A stretch of DNA of 62,628 nucleotides, taken from NCBI GenBank assembly GCA_030141605.1, contig JAQGDQ010001102.1:1-62628 (forward strand), in the 5' to 3' direction. This DNA is from Tubiluchus corallicola. Lineage: Eukaryota > Animalia > Priapulida. This document shows positions 25,401-40,000 of this stretch, piece by piece. A model generated the notes under the pieces. That model did not search any database. It was not told the origin of the DNA and saw nothing but the letters and a program-made list of their open reading frames with translations. The translations under genes and the position numbers were made by a program. Position 1 is the first letter of the stretch, and each line of letters begins with the position of its first letter.

Positions 25401-27972
25401 TTACTTGAGCTGAAATAAGTTCCTGTTTTACACATGGATAGATTTCAGAATTTAATCTAATGTAAATGTAACGAGTATCATTTATCACATAAACATGAAA
25501 GATTTAAGCTGGTAAAATGGAAATATGCATTAAAAGTCAGTGTCATCATATTTTTGGTAATGTTTTAATAGAATAGAGGTGCATTATCATAGCAGTGAAT
25601 CATAGTTGGCCAAGCAAAATGATGCAATGTTTTCACTTGAATGTTGAACTTGAATTTATTTATTTAGTTATTTGGCAATGCAAATACAATACATAGGAAC
25701 AATGAGAAAAATATACAGTCAATAATAATGATTTGATATGAGAGCATGCATATAATAAATGGCAAGAACCAGCAGTAAAACTTGTTAGGTGCTTGCACCG
25801 TTGCAACATGTCCAAATAATAAATTAATAATTGAAAAAAGAACAAAAAATGAGAGTTTTACACAATTTAAAATGAAAAAAATTGCGCAAAACAAGGATAG
25901 AAGCGATGGCTAAAAGAATGTTTCAAGGAATAGGAAGAGTGGTTTGTGAAGATTCAGCCCAATGAAATGACGAAGCACTCTGGATTCTACTCTAAAAAAA
26001 GAACGTAAGGTTATGACTGATGTGTCACACAGGAACAATAAGTAGTTATCGAGACTAATTTATACAAGTACCAAACGGATGTCGTTTAGCTGACAATTTA
26101 AAGCGGTAAATGATATACTGGCACTTTACATTGGGTGATAGTGAGTTCCAAAGTTTAGGCCTGCTATAGCTCTTGAAATGTTTTGCAATATTGGTTCTGC
26201 AGTCATTACAGGATTCTTGAAGTAGGTAGGCAATAGGTCATTGTTAGTTTTATAAACAAAAATGGCAGTGTTATAGGAAATCCATCTATTGTTAGTATTC
26301 TACACTCACTATAGTGCGCATATGATACAATAGTTTTATAAACAAAAATGGCAGTGTTATAGGAAATCCATCTATTATTAGTATTCTACACTCACTATAG
26401 CACTCATATGATTTAGTAACTGAACTGAATTTGGATAATCTGTACAGGATGCGTATAAATTCACTTTACAAGCTGTGTTATGTAAATACTAATGGTATTA
26501 ATCTATTGTCCTGTAAATGGACTGAAAACTTTCTTATGGGTCGATTACAAAAATATTACAAAAACGATTATATTCCTGTACGTCTGTTTTGGCGTTCTCC
26601 AAGGTACTATTTGCCCTCTGCCGTTCATTACTTTTTGTCAATGACATACCTAATGTAATCGGCAGTGCACATTGTAAAATGCAGCTAATTGATATTTAGT
26701 TATATATCAAATACTATTGTCCAGATACTGGTATAAGATAATTTTGCTGTATGGATAAGAAAGTGGTAACTTCCCATTTTTATAAACAATTATAAATAAA
26801 TGTGGTGTTTAAGATATTGAGTCAGGATGTTCAACGGAAAGTGTAATTCTATCCTCTGAGGACTAGGTTAAGGACTTATGTGTAATAATTGGAAATAACC
26901 CAAAATTTTCAACACATTTCATTAACATAATATAAAAAAGCTGATCGTGTTAGCAACATCGTGTTATTAATTAATTAATACTAATTTATTAGCCTCAAAT
27001 CCACAAAAATCTCTAGGGCTTTACAGTTAAATACTGTCTTGATGCTTCGCCATCCCTAATAAAAATAGTTTATTAATTGCCTGCAAAACTTACATTCCTG
27101 CTTTTAGTGAAATATTTTACCCCAAATGGAACTCTATTTACTAAAAGACCTTAATTTGGTTGAAAACGTTGAGCGCTACTTCACTCGCAGTTTAGGCGCG
27201 CAATCTTGACAACATGTCATACCTTGAGTCTCTGACCATTATCATTTTTAAATTTTAAGCCATTCGAACATGGACGAATAAATGTGTTATTCAATATTAC
27301 GCTGTATGCTGTAGACAAAGATCATATTTTTTAGTAAAGACCTCTGTCTAATGTAAACAGGAGTAATAGATAATTCACTGTAGACTTGATTGTAGAATCA
27401 GCCCCCAAAGTCTTTGTCGTGCCCCATGGTCAAAAACGTTTCAAAAACGTTTAGTAGATATAAATCTTAATAATCGTCTACCACCTACCAACGGGTATCT
27501 AATTAAAGTATCAAATTTGTATCTAATTTTTGTGCAGTTTTCTTCTAATTAGATTTTTTAGCTGTACAACTTTTATTTTCTACTGTATGTATGCTTTATC
27601 CCGGTTCATATTATACATTTTTGTAAATATGATCACTATGTTTTCAAAATAAGATAACGCATAAAAATATTAGAAATATTTAAAATCGATTGAAAATGTC
27701 ATTCTGGGTGGAAGCAGCTGACATGCACTACCTACTGGTATGAGAAAGATGCTAGTGGATACTAGACTTTACTAGTTGCTTGTAGATAAGATAAGATGCA
27801 CTTTATTGCAGGTAAAAACCGCTAATATCAATATACATAAAAATAAAAACTGCTACATACGTACAATAGCCATTACGTCACACAGACGCACGTAAAACAC
27901 TGTCGGAATAAAATTATTTACAGACAAAAGTGTGTGTCTGTGTGTGCACGTGCACATGTGTGCGTGTGTACT

Positions 27973-28014
<42 letters not shown>

Positions 28015-31000
28015 TGTGTGCATCTTTACGAAGTTAAATTCAGAGCTAACAGAGTTAACTGTTTTCACTGAGAAGACATGTTTAGATCACAAATACAAAC
28101 TTCATGCATCATAAATTAAACCAGTCATACTACACAAACCATAAAAAACTATGCAAATTAAATTGGCATGATTAACTAAGTTCATATGAGCACCAATAGT
28201 TTTGACAAGCAGCCTAAACAAATTTTGACTACAGTATATACAGGAAGTTGTAATGTCATCAAGGAATATTGTAATAAAAATTAGCAGTGAGACAAAATTA
28301 AAATATGGAAACATAACAGAATTTAGCACGTGAAAACATATAGAAAGTATTTATATCGTGAGCTTGGCGTTCATGCAACCGAAAATATAAAAATCTGTAA
28401 CATAATACAAACAAAATCAACAAAATATTTGGCATGGGCATATTGCTGTTAATTTTATGAGCACTAGGACTGGTATGCAACTGAACTATAATTATTTTGG
28501 TTGGTAAACATTAATTTACTAGTTAAAAAGTTTCAGATTCATTCCTTTACATTTTGTTGTGGCACAAATGGATATTGAGTACCTATCACTAAGTTGGATG
28601 CTAAAACATTTTCTAAACTAATTTCAAATGTTAGGAGAGTGATTTTGCTTCTCCACATAGCCCATGGATTTTAGTTTTTGAACAGAATTTATGGCAAACT
28701 TTATATGAGTCATATATTTTTCTCATCGTAATTTTTCCATACCTAGTCCACAATTACTTATAGCTAAGCTGTTTTTTGCACTGTCGTGCATGATACAAAA
28801 TAGTTCAATTATGTGTTGCAAGACTCATTGCGAATAGTTTGTTAGTAGCTGTAAATCCAATATCACTTGCAGAATTGATGTTTTTCTTGAATCATTAATC
28901 TTGTCTCGGTCCTCTCTTCTAGTAAATTTGAATATTGTAGGCATTGGACTAGTCTGGCTTTGGCAAGCGAGGAGCTGTGCTGATATTGTTAAGGTTCATT
29001 TGTACTCCTGTTGCTTTAATTTGACTTAATTTGAACACCCTGTCATTTTGTCGATGGTACTAGAGAATGTATATTTGAATGTAGATCGATATACATTAAT
29101 AAATGGGGATTTTCTGTGCAAGATATAAGTGAAAACAATGTAGATACATTGAGTAAAGTTCGATTATATGTCACAGAGCTGTTGCAAGGAAAGATAAGCA
29201 GACAGTGAAGTGAAAAAGGGAATGTGTATAAAGTGAAAAAATACGTGTTTTTGATTTTGCAAACTGGCAATTTTTATTGAAGTCAGTTTGCTCGCTTATT
29301 TGGTGAAGAGGATCTTGTGTATCCACGGCACCCAACGTAATAAACTGGTGTTGAATTAAATGTTATGGTCGGAAGGTGGGTGATGTTGCATTAGGAAACA
29401 TGTCTGCCTTCATCAAAGAAGAAATTGCTGATGATTTTAACAATTTTTTACTGCTGCATCGGCCGCAGTTGGAATTATCCGGTGTCCCAAAACACTATTG
29501 GGCATCCCTGTTACACAAACTTGAAAATGATGTATTCGACGCTGGTAACGCCTTCAGCATGATGCAACTAGAAGATGCAAATGGGATTTTTATGGGTTGG
29601 AAAACTGTAGTAAGTGGTGATAATGTTGTAAATGTTGAAGATCCGCTGCAAATTTATTTAGTTGACCATGCTTGGACATACACAGTGGACTATGCAAAAA
29701 AGCAATTAATCACCTGTTCTACTTTACTTCGGCGTATGGCATTATTGATGAACGTGAATGCTGATAATGTTGATACAAAAGAATTAGTTGAAACTGTATT
29801 ATCTGAAATGTGGAAATTCAATCAGACGTACCATCTCGGAAACCTTGAGGCACATGCTGAAATGCGTCTTCCCGTTTGGTATGTGATGGATGAGTTTGGG
29901 TCACGAATTCAACACTCTGATTTGCCTAATGCCAAAATGGTACCATTTTACTACATGCCGCAGCAGAGTGGTTTTACATTATTGTGGCCTATCAAGAACA
30001 TTTCACCTGGGGAAGAGGTCACAAGAGATTATGTTCAGAATTGTTTTGAACCACCCTTAAGAAAAGCTCGCTTGCTCCCTTGGTGTAAGACTGATTTAAC
30101 TTCTGTTAGTGCAAAACAAAAAGAGCCCGAAGAGTCTTACTATATGATTTCTCGTCAAAATGAGACATTGCCAGATACTTCTTGCCTTAAATTAAGAAGC
30201 TTGGAGATGAACAAAGAGCTGTATAAAATCTATACAGACTATGAAGTGTTACATAAGTTTTTAAACCATCCACAGTTTAGTTTTGTTGAGCATTTGGAAG
30301 AAGCTGATGTTTTGTGGATTCGCAGTCACTTCACTGAGTATAAGACATTCAGTCAAGCAAGTCCTGCTAAGTTTGTAAATCAGTTTCCCTATGAAAGCAT
30401 CCTTACTGTTAAGGATCTACTAGCCTGTGTTTGCAGGCGTGCTGTAAAAACTGAAGACTGTTTTGATGAGGATACTCTGGAGTGTATCCCAGCCTGGCTA
30501 CCTGTAACATACAATATTTCTACTGAACTTTTGCAGTTTATTTCGTATTATCAACAAAGGCAGAGGAGAGGATTAGACAATACATGGATCTGTAAGCCGT
30601 GGAATCTTGCTAGAGGTTTAGGTATAGTAATCTCTAATAATGTGAACTGTATTGTGAGACTACCTGAAGGTGGACCAATGATTGCTTGCAAGTATATTGA
30701 AGACCCTGTCTTATTTAAACGAGATGATGTAGGCAAGGTCAAATTTGACATTCGTTTTGTCGTGCTGCTTGTTTCAGTCAGACCACTGGTTGTTTACTTG
30801 TACAAAAACTTCTGGTTAAGATTTGCTAACAAGGAATTTTCCTTGAATGATTTAGATGACTATGAAAAGCATTTTACTGTCATGAATTACAAGAAAACTG
30901 TTGACTTAAAACAAATGTATTGTGATGATTTCATTGTTGAATTTGAAAAACAAAATCCAAGTCAAAAGTGGAGAGAGATCATGGGTGAAATCTGCTCAGT

Positions 31001-34000
31001 GATAAAATCCATGTTTGAGTGTGCAACTGTAGTACCGCCTCCTCGTGGGATAGCTCATTCTCCTCAGTCCAGAGCCATTTATGGAATTGATATGATGTTA
31101 GCTTGGAAGACTAAGAACAATGTTAGGTGTATACAGCCAATGTTGTGTGAAGTGAATTACATGCCAGACTGTGAAAGAGCTTGTCTTTATTATCCACAAT
31201 TCTTCAATGATGTTTTTAAAGTCTTGTTCTTGAATGAGCGGAATACAGAAAGTGTAATTGAACTGTAGTTTGATGTCTATTCATTGAACCTAGAATGTAA
31301 ACTTTCAGAACTTTGTACAAAGCAGTTTGGTTGTTACTTTCCAAAAATTATTTTAGTAAAACCAGTTTTTATTTTTCAATTACGAGTGACTAAAAGTTAA
31401 TGTAAAAATATTATTTGCTATTTAGTTATCTTTGATATCTTTGTTCAGATCATATTTAACTGCTGTTATATAACCAGTTACCATATTAAAATTGATTTGT
31501 TGCAAAATTAAAGAATTGTATGAGGTACATTGTGATAAAAATGTTTTAAACAATAAATGTGTGTAGTGTACGGGCTATGGAATTTTAAAATTTAAAGTTC
31601 GCTTGTTTTATGTTTTTGCTAATAAATCATACTGTAACAAGATTTACATATTTCCCTTTTCTGTGGAAAATGTGATACCGACTAGGCAATTAAAAATCGT
31701 TTTTTTATTTAAATAAATAAGTAAGTAAGATAATAAGTAAGAAAAGTAAAAATAATTACAAGTTATTATGCATTGAATTTTGAACAATTGGCACTTCCAG
31801 TTAGTTGATTTCGGCCTTGTGGTTTACAAATGTGTTCTAGTTCAATTATTTTTCACTTATGATAGATTTTCGCAACATTTGCATAGCTGGGACCTATATT
31901 TCAAATAAAGGGCTTCAATGAGGGGCCCCTATTTCAGATAGAGGGCCTCAAGTAAGAGATTCGTTATCTCAAATGAGGAGCCACTTTAAATTTGGATTTT
32001 CAGATTTTATGCCCACCAATTTTATTTTAAGTTATCTGAATTATTCAGCAGCCCAAACTCGAGGAGCCTTACACTGAGCCTATACCAGCCTACAGGGTAA
32101 TCCAACCCTGAACAGAATAAGTTTTTTCCATATTTTTATTTTAATTTTACTAAATATTACGTTTTGAAATTTTGTGTTGTGTAGTAATTTTAAATCGCTG
32201 TTGTAGTATTAACTGTATATATTTTTTCGTACAATGTCAAGCACATATTTGTATGGATTTTGCATTATAAATAAATAAGTAAATAAACTTAAACTTATTA
32301 TAAAATTTTTTCTCAGTTTTGAATGGTAATTTATTTTTTCAAAGGACTTGTACTCTATGCAGCTGTTATTCATTTCTTTTAATGCTCTTTCATTATTCTT
32401 TTATTTAATGCAATAACAAGAAAGAAGCAAGAAATTTAATTTTTTACGCACACAGTTTTGCTTGAAGCAGTTGTTGCATATTACAATGTAAATTTATACT
32501 TATATATATACTATTTGCAATGTTTTTTTCTTATTTTACATTGCAGCATTGCAGAAAGAGATTGAAGTCTTGAGAGCTATGTTGGGTGAAGTGCATTGTG
32601 ATGTAGACACTGCTACTGTTTCTGAAATTACTGAGTTAAATCAACAGTTAGCAAATTCCGAACGTCTCATGTCTGAAGTGACACGAACATGGCAAGAAAA
32701 GTTAACACAAGCTGAGAAAAGAAAAGCCATTGAATCTTCTGAGCTAGCAGTATGCCATGAAGTTTTTTCTCAAGTGTTTTCTTGTTTGTTCTTACAATAA
32801 TAATAGTTTTCCGTTTCCTTTAATTATAGTAAGCAGTCTTACTGGTTTTACTTTTTTTGTTTTGAGGTGGTTTCAGCTCTTCAGTATAACTGAGTTTTAA
32901 TCTATTTGGGATAATATGCTAGGTCATCGTGCGTTGCTCATTGCCACTGTAAATGAGTGATAGTAGAATTCGCTGACTTGTCTTTTCTTTTTATTGCATT
33001 GTTGCTCTCTTTGTTCATTGAATACTGTAACTTTAAGTAACTGAATAACAGAGTGTGTAGTAGGAGAGTACAGTTGGAGACCATAATTATAATGAAAACT
33101 GGCTACTTCTAAATACAACAATTCATTCATTTTTTTATTTAGTCACTGCTAACATTGTTATAATGTAATTATTGGAAAATTCATAGGCCACCGAGTGGAT
33201 TGAAGAGTATGCCACTCTTGAAAAATGTTCGTTTTTCTTTTACAGAACATTGGCATAGCAGTAAAAGTAGATAGCAGATTGCCATATCTAGTGAATTTAA
33301 ATGAGGATGCACAGTTATCAGAGACATTACTGTATTTGTTGAAAGATGGTGAAACAACTGTTGGTAGAATGAGTAGCTGTTCTAAACATGATATCAAGCT
33401 CTGCGGTGCACTTATAGCTGATAATCATTGGTGATTATTCATAGTACTGAATTTAAGTATATATTAATTTTACTTTTTTGTGTCTGGTTGGATTTATTTA
33501 TTTATATGTGATCTCTGTGGCTACAGCTCCAACTGAAGGTTTATTTTTTAAATCAGAGTGAAAAACCAATAAAAATGGCTCTTTGGTCCATTTTTGCGCA
33601 AATTTTGTACTCCTTAGTTTGCGAGAACGGAAAACCAGTAATGGTTTGAATATTCGTACGTGGGTGGGTGCACTAGAGCTTTTTAGAGTTCGTGAGAGGC
33701 CAGTGGGTTCCTACGGTCAGCATTTTTCCAAACCAACTACCCATTTTTTGAGATTTTGACAAAACAACATGTAGAACAAGTAGTCTTGTGGCCTCTTAGT
33801 AGGTTTTTTAGTTCTTTTGAAAAAGGAGGAACTGGGCTACACGATGACATGAGTTTCTTTTACGAGTGCTTCCAATAGAATGGGAAAATTCTAAGATCTT
33901 TCTTATGAGTTTCTCATGGGGAAAGTATAGGACACAAAGTTATTGTTAGTGATGTCGCCCATTATATTCTGCCTACAGACTTTGCTTTAGTATAATAATT

Positions 34001-37000
34001 AAACTGACCGTTAATGTTACTTGTATCTGTTTATAGTTAACTTACGTTACCATTGGTATGAAAACAGTAAGCAAGGACTATGTAGAAGGTACATGCATTA
34101 ATGATAATCAGTGCATGGATTTAATCAAATTTGTCCAAACTATGTACAAACTATGAACAAAATGTTTTGCATAGTTTCTTTAGCTGTTGTTGTCACCGTC
34201 ATTGTTGCTCTGTCATACTGGGCCTTTTGCTGGAGCCACGCAGAGCAGCTGCTTGGTCCCGGTATTCTGAATGTGCTAATGAATGTGACATACAGATTTG
34301 TCATTCACAAAGCAAATACCTGCATTTATTAGCCATTCAAATTAATACACTTCCAAAATTACTTTCGCGCCATCTTAAATCTAAAAGTAAGAGTGCCTTG
34401 CATATTTTTCTGCTGCACGGCAATAGTGATGAAGGCACACTCACAGAAGCCACTTTTGCTGCAGAAAAGTTCAACAGCTACTTTGCTAGTGTGTACCAGT
34501 TTGAGGATACATCCAGTATGCCTGATTTGGTTTCCCATACTGATGTTGAGCTATAACTGATTGACTTTTCTCCAAATAACATTGCGCATATTTTGAGGAA
34601 TCTCAAAGTTGATTCCTCACCTGGACCTAATGCCATTCCAAACCTAGTTCTCTCTAAATGCTACTTTGCTCTCTCCAAGCCACTCTCACAATTGTTGACT
34701 AAATCATTTCAACATTCCACACTTCCTGCTGATTGGTCAGCAGCAAGTGTACATCCTGTTTACCAGAAAGGTTCTATTAACCCTTCAAATTTCAAGCAAT
34801 CGGCTTGACCTCATCATGTTGCAAGGTCATGAAACCGACATCAAAAACAGACATGGATTTTACCAATGCCAATAATCTTATTTCTCATCACAATATGGCT
34901 TTTGAAGTAAAAGAACAGCACAAGGTGACCCAGCATCTAGTTAATGGACTGCCTGTTGATGCCGTACTTTTAGACTTGCAAGGCCTTCGATGTTGTCCTA
35001 CATCAATTGCTAACTGATAAATTAAGCCTTTTTGACATTAAGACTTGATGTGTTTGCTCTAGAGGATGATGTAAATTATGTTAGTGATTGGGTTCATCGC
35101 TAATTGATGACAAAATGTATTACTTTATACTTTCGATTGAACAATCCGGAATTTCAGTATATGGTCGATGATGAAATGATCACTTCTGCTACTTCTGAAC
35201 GTTACCTAGGCTGTCTCATTTCATCTGATGCTAAGAGAATTGTCAAAAACTTGCATCAGATGTCCAAGCAGTCATCAGCTACATACAACGCTGTTATGGT
35301 CTGTTAGACAAATAGTCATTTTTACTTATGCATCAGTCTCTAATATACTGGAAACTTGAGTATGTGTGTTGCATTTGGTCGCCTTATTACCCACGAGATA
35401 TTGAGCTTTTGGAAAATGACGAATGTTGTGCCACACACATAGTCTCTTGATTATCCAAATTTAATTGTAAGGAACGACTTTTTATGTTGTTTCTTCACCC
35501 TCTGTACATTAGGCATCAATGAGCTGACTTAATTCTTACCTATCAGTTGTTCCATGGCCTTGTACATTATAACTACAGACTTTTTTTGTGTCGTCTAGTT
35601 GTGCAAGGCTTTGTGGACAACTTTAAACTTGCAAAGCCTCATGTACATCTGTACAGGTTTGCTTATCAAGTTATAAATTTGTGGAATTCTTTGCCATTTG
35701 AAGTTGTAAATGCCTCTAATCTAAGTACCTTTAAAACTCGCCTTCACAGTCATTGCTATCAAAATTTGTAATTTTTTTATAATTTTGTATTTTCTATTTA
35801 TAATCTGTATCAATTGTTAATGCTCTAAATATGCAAAATTTAGCACTAATGTACTTATATTATTGTGCTGCATGATATGCTTCACTATGTTGTCTCTTCT
35901 GTATGGGGACTACCTTTTAAGCCAATGTACTCTGTTTTATAACCCTTGCTTACCAGTAAAGATACAACTACCCATAAATGATAATGACAGTTGCTGTCCC
36001 GTCGGTGCTGAAGGCCATGCCTTGGTAGGGTGTGGCATTAGTGTTGTGTGCTGTAGATAGTGTGGTGTGGTGTGCAATGGGTAGTGTGGCATGGTAGGTA
36101 CTCTGATGTGATGCGGGTAGCATGGTGTGGTAATGGTGATATGTTATGCGTGGTGTGGTGTTTGGTGATGCAGTGTAAGAGTAAATGTTTCATAGCATGT
36201 CATTTAACTATAGAATTTTCTATGATGCATTTATTATTGTACTATAATTTTATCTTATGTGTAAATTATGCAGTTATGTTTTATATATTGATTATTACAG
36301 CACTCTCATAAACACTAATGGCCAAGTCACGGTAATTCCTTGCGAAGGTGCTGATTGTTACATCAATGGAGCTTCAGTATCTTCGTCTATGAAATTAAAC
36401 CATGGGGACCGCCTAATTTTAGGCAGCCATTATTTTAGATTAAATAATCTTCAAGGAACAACTACAAACAGAAAGAGCAGTATTCTAAAGGACTTTGATT
36501 ATGCTCACAGGGAGTTGATACAGGCTCAAAATGCCAAGTAATAATTGTTTTTTAATGTTTTTGTTTCAATTAGCATTCTGATATACATATCAAAATCTTC
36601 TTGTTTTACAATCCATCTATATACTATTTAGTATTACTATTTATGTATTTTCTGCTGTAACATTTGAATAAGTGGCATAGTGAACAGTCACCTTAGGTCA
36701 AATGATTGGACAGAGAACATTGGCCAGTTTTTCAATTGTTGCTCAATTTTGGGATAGATGTACAGTAAGTATTCTTTAAAAAGTGAGCGTGTCCTAATTA
36801 TGTGGCAGGAGCCAAAATCAGTGCCCATGAAACTCATATAGTATTGGTTTTGCATGTATGGGCAGCCAGGAGACGTCGATGTGCATTACCTATTTTTTAA
36901 AAAGTGGACCTGACCATGTCACATGACATGGAAAAAATACTATTACTGCAAGGCAAAATTACTTGAGTACAAAAATTTTAATTTTCTGGAGATTTTCTTA

Positions 37001-40000
37001 AATTTTATGTAAAATAACTTTCTTCGCGATGTTGTATTTTGTCAGCGGTTTGTGCGCTATGGTGTCGAATGGCCAGTACTGCAGTTGGCATGAAATTACT
37101 GTTGAACATGCAATATGTTCTGTGTGCAATCAAGTTTACTGTTTTTGTGTAAATACTGAGTCTTTTCTCTAGATTAGAAGAAGAAATGCGAATTGCTGAG
37201 GAAAAAGTACAGAAAAAGGCAATGCAAGAGATAGAAAGAGTCGAGAAAACTCTTACTCACGACTTAAGCATCCAGAAACATAATTATGAAGAACAACTCA
37301 AAGACCTGCAAGATGTTCTGGTTTGTAACACTACTATCACTCTGACTCATTATATTTGAAAGTTGGTTATTTAATATTACAAGTATTATAATTGCAATTA
37401 CCAAGGTTAGGAAATGTAAATATCCATACCTCTTTACTGCGAGCTCTCTTGAAATTATGTTTTATTCTCACAGTTCTATAATGAAGCATTTTTTTGTACC
37501 TTTGTATGATATTAATTTCTATTTAAAGAACAGATCATAATTTTTATAATAATATAGTATTCAAAAGAAAAACATCGCAGTCACGGGCACAGATAACGTA
37601 AATTTTAATTGAAAGAATATGTGCTATAGTGGTGTGCTATCTGTGGTTGTACTAGTTGTTTTATATATTCCAAGCCTAAGTTTTTCAAACGGCACACTTG
37701 CATTTCATCTATGTCTTTAATTAAGTTAATTTTGTTAAAGGAGGAGCAGAAGAAGGAGTATTTAGCAAAGGAAAGCCAGTCTGAGAATAATGCTTACCAA
37801 ATTATTATGGAAAAACAGGTAAAGCATATATAACATTTATCAAAGCACTGTTGTTGAAGAGTGGAAACATTCTGAGTTAAAAAAGTCTTAGCATTCTCTG
37901 AAAAATGTTATTAGAGTTATCACATAATTTGCCAAAACTTACATAACCTTTTTGATGCAAATAATTATTCAAACAAATATATAAAAGTAATTGGTTTAGG
38001 TGTGTATAGTAATTAATATGTTTTCGTTGTAGTCAAATGGCTGGCATTATGACCAGTGTAAATGACTAATGTAAGCAGTAGCATTAGATTTTAAATTATA
38101 AGACTGTATCTTATAAGACATCCAGCATTAATAAACAAAATATAATCATATTTTAGCTGTAAGCTTGTAGGCGTCGTGTTTATTGCTTTTAATGGTTTTG
38201 AAATCCTTATTGGGTAATATGTGTACCTAAGCCTGCTTTAAACGTGTTAATGTTTTGCAACTTATGTAAAATGCATTTGTTCATTTTAATGTTAGTATTA
38301 TATTTAATAAATTATCATTATTAACTTGCATTCTCTTGTAGCTCATGCAGTACAAAAAAAAATATGAAACTTTTGAGTCAGTATACAGTAATGTTTCGGT
38401 TTGAGGAAATTTGTTTGTTTAGCATCTTTAGCATTTCATTACTACTGTACTTACTCCATCACTGCAGTGGTGTGCTACTTCTGCACTGGTAGTGCCACAA
38501 ACACAAAACACCAGTTTAATAATAGCTAAATAAATTTTCATTGCATGTTGCTAATGGCTCAAAACAAAAATTAATAATTTAGGCTTGACTGTTGTGATAT
38601 AGTAACTATGTTAATTAAGGTTTTAACACACTTTTCTTTATGAGAACTATAGTGGAGCCTTACAGGGGTGAATTATGCATATATGTAGTTTAAATTTTGC
38701 TGTTTATTACAATAGTTTTTTTTTTTAAAAAAGAATGTAGCCCTCACTACTTTCTTTTTAAAAAAAAACTATTGCAATAAACAAAATTCAAACTACGTGT
38801 ATATATGTATAAGCTATATGTATATACACTGCCTACTTATTTACTATGGTTATGGTTGTTGCACCTGAGTGCAGCAACATAGCTAAGATGAGATACTGTG
38901 CCAGTATTGGAAATGTGTTTACTTTTTTAGCTCTTTTACTTGATCTTATACCTGCTATAATTTTATTTTTAGATGCTAGAAGCTGAAATAGCAAAGAAGG
39001 ATCTGCAATTGAAAATTTACACTCTAGATGAGGTTTGCCAACTTTCTTAATCAATTTATTTATTATAATCATTAAATAATATGCTGTTTATTATCAGTTA
39101 AACTTTATATGCTGTTTATATCAGTTTAACTTTATTTGTTTTAAATTTTACTAACACAGTAAGTCCTCACTTAACGATTCTTTGCATTGACAGTTCATTT
39201 TTGTGAGCCTCAACTTTTTACACATTTTTCTTTAGTGTTCACTTTAGTAATTCTGGTTTTAGTGTTACTGAAATTTTTCTTATTGAGTTAACACTTTATA
39301 AAGAAGCCAGGACCAATCGAAAGCAAATGTCAATTTCAATTCATTTAAATAAACCTAAGATGAGTCGAATGTCGTCTCAAATTTCTAAAGTGCATCAAAG
39401 AGGCTTTATTTAGCTTGCCAATGGAGCACCTAAGAGAACCAATGTTTTAACTTTTCATTTTTGTTAATGTGGCTATGTCCACAAAATCACATCGTGGTTA
39501 TATGTAAAGACATTTCACTTGAATAAAGTATTATTGACGTTGATCGAGAAGTTACATAGTTCTAATCTACTAGTCAGGTCTAATGCTGAAGTTCGTTAAA
39601 ACTTTTATTGCAAAGAAGTTGAATAATTACAGTTTAATGCATTTATAAACATAAAGTAGTTTAAATAAATGAGAAAAACCCAAGGGGTTTGTAACCAGCA
39701 CTTTCTTGTTCAAAGCAATGTATGTAGCTGAACAAACAAGATGTCAGTTAAGCACCTGGTCATATCACTTTATTTGTGCTTGCCAGCTGTATTTCTCATA
39801 TATTTTGTCTTCACCACACAGGTTGCTGTACTGTCACAAAACTGCAATCTAAAATGAACAGTTTTATTTCAGAGTGCTGGCCAGGCTGAACATGCATTAT
39901 GGAATATTGTTGAAGAACTAGAAACAGAAGTGAAACACAAAAGTTTGCCAGAAGCAAAAGTCTGTCAACAAAGAAGTAACTTAACACCATCATTGATGCA

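Noticed and set aside
29376-29399. GTG start for TTLL12 from the ORF track
   Set aside because: Eukaryotic gene; first ATG at 29400 has A at -3.
39822-39872. Upstream acceptor (39821) for KIF14 exon 18
   Set aside because: In-frame TGA follows; the acceptor at 39872 keeps the frame.
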